Assembly: GCA_964016885.1 (NCBI GenBank)
Contig: OZ024741.1
Coordinates: 70,556,001 to 70,620,000, forward strand
DNA: 64,000 bases
Direction: 5' to 3'
DNA from: Eledone cirrhosa
Taxonomy: Eukaryota
A program made the position numbers and the translations under genes. Positions within the stretch are counted from its first letter, which is position 1. Each line of letters starts with the position of its first letter. Below, one piece after another: positions 61,701 through 64,000 of the stretch. Under the pieces are notes generated by a model. The model did no database searches. It was not told where the DNA came from and saw only the letters and a program-made list of their open reading frames with translations.

Positions 61701-63948
61701 CTTAACAGTCACCGTAGAGCCAATGAACTTCCAGATGGTGTGAAAGATAATTCTGTTGGACTTATTAAACTTGATCACAGGATGGTGAATATTATTGATT
61801 TATAAATATCTAGTTACTCATTTACTCTTATAATGGTTTCAATCATTAAACTGCTGTCATGCTAGAGCAGCACTGTTTTGAAGGGATTTAGTCAATTATA
61901 TTGACTTAAGTACTTATTTTATTTATCTGTTTTTTTTTCTTGAACAGTTAAGTTATGTGTCATCAAACAACAGCAAACATAGACAGACACAGGCAAACAC
62001 CCTAAGAGATGTCTGACAAATCATATCTGGACAATTTATAATTAGATAACAGATACCATGGAAATAGGTATAACAGCTATGATGTAATAAATAAAATGTG
62101 GTGTAATATAATCTCATTGCCTTCTACTTCATTATATTTATATATATATAAGCCAAAATCAGTCCTGCGTGAGCGGAACACGGTCCTCCGACCTTATCTC
62201 TCACAAAGGGTCAGCCCATCCTACCCATGCTTGCATGGAAAATGGACGTTAAACAATGATGATGATATGAAAGTATGTTTAGAAAACAGCAATCAAAGTT
62301 TGAAAATTGAAATAGAAATGGAAGGCTTCGGCATAATATTTGACTAAATATTATAGTCTAATAATGAGGTGTATAAACCCACTGAATGAAAAAAGAGGGG
62401 TATCAGCACACATATATATGTATATGAAGCAGAAGTTGGACTTGAAAGCCCTGTGAAAGGCTTCATGGTCATCACAGTGTTCTTTTTGAAACAATGTTCT
62501 ATAGCCCGATTTCTGGTCTCATGGTTATGACCCTCACCACAGTCTGCATTCTGACAGTTCATATACATTGATTGTTAAGTAAATAATATATTACCAAAGC
62601 TCTGATAAAAACTTTAACCCTTTTGATTTTAAACCTTCTGTAACTGCCCTTGATTCTATGATGTGAACCTACTTGTTTTAAAATGCTTATATTTATCTAA
62701 AAGCTTTCCATCATAATTTTTTGTAAGAAAAGAACCATTGTTAAGGTTTGCCCCAAACACCAGTTTAGTAATGAAAAAGTTAGATATATTAAATCCTTCT
62801 AACTACTCGATTATTTTCAAAATTATTTCATAATTATAGGCAGTCGTTCATGAGATATGCATTTAAACAGTGTTGATGTTTAGCACTATATTCATGGTAT
62901 TGAAGGGACAAGAGATACCTATCACTCTTGTATAAGGTATTAATCTATTATATTCTCATATGATCTGGCATCTATTCCTAAGTTAAGAGGAACTGATGTT
63001 TGCTAGTTTTTAGTGTTGGTTGTTCTTCAAGACTACGGAATAACATAAAAGAATTAAAGAAATAATAATTATTGATTTATAACATCAATGGTAAGAGACA
63101 GTGAGTTAGTATGGATGAGTACACCAAAGTGCCATGTATGTAGTAGACCCAGCCAACCTATGTTAGCATGTAAAAACATATATGAAATTGATGATGAATA
63201 GGAAAAATGATATTGATGATGATACCACTATCACTCTGTGATAGAGTAAACAAGGGATAACAATGTATGACAAAGTACCAGCTGTTCTCTGATAGATCTT
63301 TCATTAAATCCAGGGCAGTGGAAATATCTGGCATCCTGGGCTCTCAAACCACCTACCGGCTTACTCCAATCAGGACGGAGATGACCATTCACTGATTCAG
63401 TGAATCTTTCTTGCTATTCCCCTGGTCAATGTATTTGCCATTCTGTCCACTAGCACCATGAAATGACAACACTGTAATAGATACAAATTACAACATAATT
63501 CCAATCATATTCAACAATATAAGATTTATTGCAATGATAATGTTTAACTCTTTTGATATCAGCCCCACTAAAACTGCCAATGGTTCCGTGATATAAAACT
63601 ACTCATTTTATTCAAATTAAAACCTATTATAAATTAATATGACACTTTTATTACATTATGTTCAAATCACCAGCTAATTAATTACAAAGTTGGTTTATTT
63701 TACTAAATTACATCAAATTATTGATTATTATCAAAATCAATTGAAACAAAAGTAGAGTATTTCATCAGAAATATAGTAACAAAATAGTTAAAAGATATTG
63801 CATTTCATTTTATTGTAGCCGTCTATTGAGCTTGAGGGAAGTGTTCGCACACCAGACAAAAACAATATAGTTGTTCATTACTACCAACCAAAGTACCCAG
63901 GCTTTCCTGTGAGAGTAAACATCAATGCCCCGGACTATGCTTACTCAG
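18748..63948 (+). CDS. LanA: Laminin subunit alpha (LanA / LAMA3B-LAMA5 type), partial multi-exon gene, 23 exons in window; 5' and 3' ends outside window
   Basis: Spliced translation gives LN motifs ([30 protein letters not shown]; [10 protein letters not shown]; [20 protein letters not shown]), about 11 Cys-rich LE repeats, then [16 protein letters not shown]...FPEFSWRGY...LNPGQW...DYFVLIP...HYYQPKYP, typical of the alpha3B/5/LanA globular domain. All junctions are GT-AG and phases chain without frameshift. Confidence 0.93.
20060..20230 (+). CDS. LanA: Laminin alpha exon (LN domain): [12 protein letters not shown]...QDVTVTRR
   Basis: ttttcag|ATT ... AGA|gtgagt; 171 nt. Confidence 0.95.
20692..20905 (+). 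CDS. LanA: Laminin alpha exon (LN end + LE1): [23 protein letters not shown]...EVFMCE
   Basis: gaatag|TAC ... GAAC|gtaagt; 214 nt; absent from ORF track (no start codon). Confidence 0.95.
21641..21759 (+). CDS. LanA: Laminin alpha exon (LE2): [10 protein letters not shown]...GGGVCRDCQ
   Basis: ttttccag|CC ... CAG|gtaaat; 119 nt. Confidence 0.95.
23076..23280. mobile_element. piggyBac-like MITE (CCCTT ends, TTAA target), nested in another MITE
   Basis: ttaa|ccctttagcattta ... taaatgctaaaggg|ttat; second copy at 61371-61581. Confidence 0.75.
23389..23871 (-). mobile_element. Non-autonomous Helitron
   Basis: On the minus strand: 5' TC start, 3' hairpin (aaaactacccgagggtggtttt) then CTAG; inserted between A and T with no TSD; removing it restores the host MITE end aaata|tggtaatgcaagggttaa. 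Confidence 0.8.
23922..24012 (+). CDS. LanA: Laminin alpha exon (LE2): [17 protein letters not shown]...HACK
   Basis: tttttcag|CAC ... AAAC|gtaagt; 91 nt. Confidence 0.93.
24484..24580 (+). CDS. LanA: Laminin alpha exon (LE3): [31 protein letters not shown]
   Basis: ttgcag|CA ... ACAG|gtaaga; 97 nt. Confidence 0.93.
25215..25405 (+). CDS. LanA: Laminin alpha exon (LE3-LE4): [20 protein letters not shown]...GYFGFPDCK
   Basis: ctttcag|A ... AAAC|gtcagt; 191 nt. Confidence 0.93.
25865..26055. mobile_element. hAT-like MITE with 8-bp TSD
   Basis: TSD atataggc at 25857-25864 and 26056-26063; TIRs caagcctgtcaaa / tttgacattcctg. Confidence 0.75.
26801..26941 (+). CDS. LanA: Laminin alpha exon (LE5): [20 protein letters not shown]...HNNCR
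   Basis: ttctgtag|GT ... AGAT|gtaagt; 141 nt. Confidence 0.93.
27298..27592 (-). mobile_element. SINE with (GAT)n tail sharing its 3' end with the RTEX-like LINE at 49857; related copy at 42438-42690
   Basis: (cat)n-tttacgtcc(a/g)cttttccctgcttg shared with 49857-49910. Confidence 0.7.
28329..28466 (+). CDS. LanA: Laminin alpha exon (LE6): [13 protein letters not shown]...GYYQFPQCN
   Basis: ttttgcag|TG ... AATG|gtatgt; 138 nt. Confidence 0.93.
29945..30079 (+). CDS. LanA: Laminin alpha exon (LE7): [13 protein letters not shown]...GFYRYPNCV
   Basis: ttctgtag|AT ... GTCC|gtatgt; 135 nt. Confidence 0.93.
30890..31027 (+). CDS. LanA: Laminin alpha exon (LE8): [13 protein letters not shown]...NYYKYPQCI
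   Basis: ttttccag|CT ... ATAG|gtaagt; 138 nt. Confidence 0.93.
   Translation, partial: LVIAPELAQRAKHVTRLMADVFVVITSKVSNVINVKQIIISIHSV
31564..31767. mobile_element. Tc1/mariner-like MITE (partial second copy at about 31955-32175)
   Basis: TA-flanked imperfect TIRs atgagggttggctgcaaagttcattagctgac / gtcagcctatgaacttttcaactgacactcat. Confidence 0.65.
32222..32445 (+). mobile_element. tRNA-derived Nin-like SINE, full length
   Basis: Same family as 2887. Confidence 0.8.
32837..34508. repeat. 30-bp minisatellite (consensus aataacagggttaatctgaagctacacagc), about 55 units with higher-order repeats; source of the 475-aa (+) and 506-aa (-) ORFs
   Basis: Direct read; 10-aa periodic translations [10 protein letters not shown] / [10 protein letters not shown]. 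Confidence 0.95.
42396..43170 (-). mobile_element. Non-autonomous Helitron (same family as 23389) with two nested SINE insertions
   Basis: ctagcagaaaaa terminus and interior homologous to 23389-23871; nested SINE at 42438-42690; SINE tail at 43019-43075 with 18-bp TSD attatttattcaaagtaa (43001-43018 / 43076-43093). Confidence 0.75.
43247..43474. repeat. Near-perfect inverted repeat, about 105-bp arms, about 18-nt loop
   Basis: atttgctcttatactatcgttggtttcc...cccagtacattac versus gtaatatactggg...ggaaaccaacgatagtataagagcaaat. Confidence 0.9.
43488..43680. mobile_element. MITE with about 55-bp imperfect TIRs
   Basis: taggtatgaggtgtcagagtatcatc...ttattcaggtgtga / tcacacttgaataaac...gatgatactctgacacctcattccta. 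Confidence 0.7.
43936..44112 (+). CDS. LanA: Laminin alpha exon (LE9): [20 protein letters not shown]...[10 protein letters not shown]...EKGCA
   Basis: gatacag|TA ... GCAG|gtaagc; 177 nt; follows a 12.9-kb intron. Confidence 0.93.
45312..45470 (+). CDS. LanA: Laminin alpha exon (LE10): [22 protein letters not shown]...NPFGCE
   Basis: tgtacag|AA ... GAAG|gtaagt; 159 nt. Confidence 0.93.
46065..46164 (+). CDS. LanA: Laminin alpha exon (LE11, partial): [32 protein letters not shown]
   Basis: atttcag|CT ... ACCG|gtatgt; 100 nt. Confidence 0.93.
46215..46400. repeat. About 50-bp degenerate tandem repeat, 3-4 copies
   Basis: Recurring tctagggacatgatctttgctccct...ttacttcca. Confidence 0.75.
47260..47585. 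repeat. 48-bp minisatellite (about 7 diverged copies) inside a SINE
   Basis: Unit ctgggtgcattttattgtggcattagcactaccactttacagagttgg; 16-aa periodic ORFs at 47229 and 47257. Confidence 0.85.
47648..47804 (+). CDS. LanA: Laminin alpha exon: [20 protein letters not shown]...[13 protein letters not shown]
   Basis: ccaacag|A ... CAG|gtaagt; 157 nt. Confidence 0.93.
48997..49245 (+). CDS. LanA: Laminin alpha exon: [12 protein letters not shown]...[18 protein letters not shown]
   Basis: ttcacag|AGA ... TTG|gtaagc; 249 nt. Confidence 0.9.
49470..49564 (+). CDS. LanA: Laminin alpha exon: [31 protein letters not shown]
   Basis: catttag|GAT ... AACC|gtaagt; 95 nt. Confidence 0.92.
49857..51648 (-). 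mobile_element. 5'-truncated RTEX/RTE-like LINE (RT with Cys/His finger insertion), (GAT)n tail, inserted in a MITE
   Basis: 495-aa ORF: [45 protein letters not shown]...[12 protein letters not shown]...CSRC; one frameshift near 50160 then [10 protein letters not shown]...RGRPRKTW. Confidence 0.92.
52984..53152 (+). CDS. LanA: Laminin alpha exon: [10 protein letters not shown]...LLLMHSQLQ
   Basis: tttacag|A ... CAG|gtaagt; 169 nt. Confidence 0.9.
54014..56045 (+). mobile_element. Composite non-autonomous Helitron with duplicated 5' ends and a 37-bp internal minisatellite
   Basis: a|TCtatatatataaaactg 5' end (repeated near 54690); 3' hairpin cccgagcaacgccggg followed by CTAG|t; internal gtgcagacagacagtcgtgcagagaggtgatataggc repeats. 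Confidence 0.82.
57033..57104 (+). pseudogene. tRNA-Gln(TTG)-like sequence, probably a pseudogene
   Basis: 72 nt collinear with eukaryotic tRNA-Gln; acceptor stem gattcta/taggatc pairs; anticodon loop ctTTGaa; T-arm has a G53-G61 mismatch. Confidence 0.75.
57173..57330 (+). CDS. LanA: Laminin alpha exon: [23 protein letters not shown]...LNYCPY
   Basis: tttttcag|AGC ... ACAG|gtaggt; 158 nt. Confidence 0.9.
57513..58009. repeat. 71-bp tandem repeat, 7 apparently identical copies, inside a minus-strand SINE
   Basis: Units start at 57513, 57584, 57655, 57726, 57797, 57868, 57939. Confidence 0.93.
58276..58495 (+). mobile_element. tRNA-derived Nin-like SINE, full length
   Basis: Same family as 2887 and 32222. 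Confidence 0.8.
59756..59867 (+). CDS. LanA: Laminin alpha exon: SLCRQVVTD...GKDVHTYI
   Basis: ttgatag|T ... ATT|gtaagt; 112 nt; completes the [11 protein letters not shown] motif. Confidence 0.9.
60569..60651 (+). CDS. LanA: Laminin alpha exon: [27 protein letters not shown]
   Basis: ttcacag|GAA ... AAGT|gtaagt; 83 nt. Confidence 0.9.
61371..61581. mobile_element. piggyBac-like MITE, TTAA on both sides
   Basis: ttaa|ccctttagcattt ... aaatgccaaagag|ttaa; homologous to 23076-23280. Confidence 0.72.
61640..61784 (+). CDS. LanA: Laminin alpha exon: [20 protein letters not shown]...LIKLDHRM
   Basis: actgtag|C ... ATG|gtgaat; 145 nt. Confidence 0.88.
63548..63787. mobile_element. TTAA-flanked MITE of an abundant family (other copies near 20410, 22960-23888, 45500-45730, 49570-49820, 59940-60120, 62615)
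   Basis: Ends resemble ttaa|c(c/t)cttttgata ... aaatat(g/a)gtaacaaaa(gg)g|ttaa with a shared interior. Confidence 0.6.
63819..63948 (+). CDS. LanA: Laminin alpha exon: [13 protein letters not shown]...[14 protein letters not shown]...YAYS
   Basis: attgtag|CCG ... TCAG|gtaaaa; 130 nt. Confidence 0.9.
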
Positions 63949-64000
63949 GTAAAAATTAATGATTTCTTTCCTCCTCACTGTGGCATATTCTCTACTCTTA

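Overview
AT-rich, microsatellite- and transposon-dense eukaryotic DNA; the SINE/LINE complement and (TA)n/(CA)n density suggest a coleoid cephalopod such as Octopus (inference). One host gene is present: a laminin alpha chain of the LanA / LAMA3B-LAMA5 type on the + strand. I traced 23 GT-AG exons by hand from 18748 to 63948 (3406 nt, about 1135 codons, consistent intron phases). They encode the C-terminal half of the LN domain, about 11 LE (laminin EGF) repeats and most of the following large globular domain. The 5' exons were not found in the window and the gene continues past the right edge. The non-coding space holds a decayed Naiad-type Penelope-like retroelement (RT + GIY-YIG), a non-autonomous Penelope-like element with a 300-bp inverted repeat, and four minimal type-I hammerhead ribozyme motifs (one family has the compensatory U3-A8 core). 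It also holds RTE/RTEX LINE fragments, three non-autonomous Helitrons, several MITE families, many tRNA-derived SINEs, a tRNA-Gln(TTG)-like pseudogene, long fold-back inverted repeats, and tandem arrays that appear to have grown from SINE segments, including a 1.67-kb 30-bp array open on both strands. Most short ORFs in the track are repeat artefacts.
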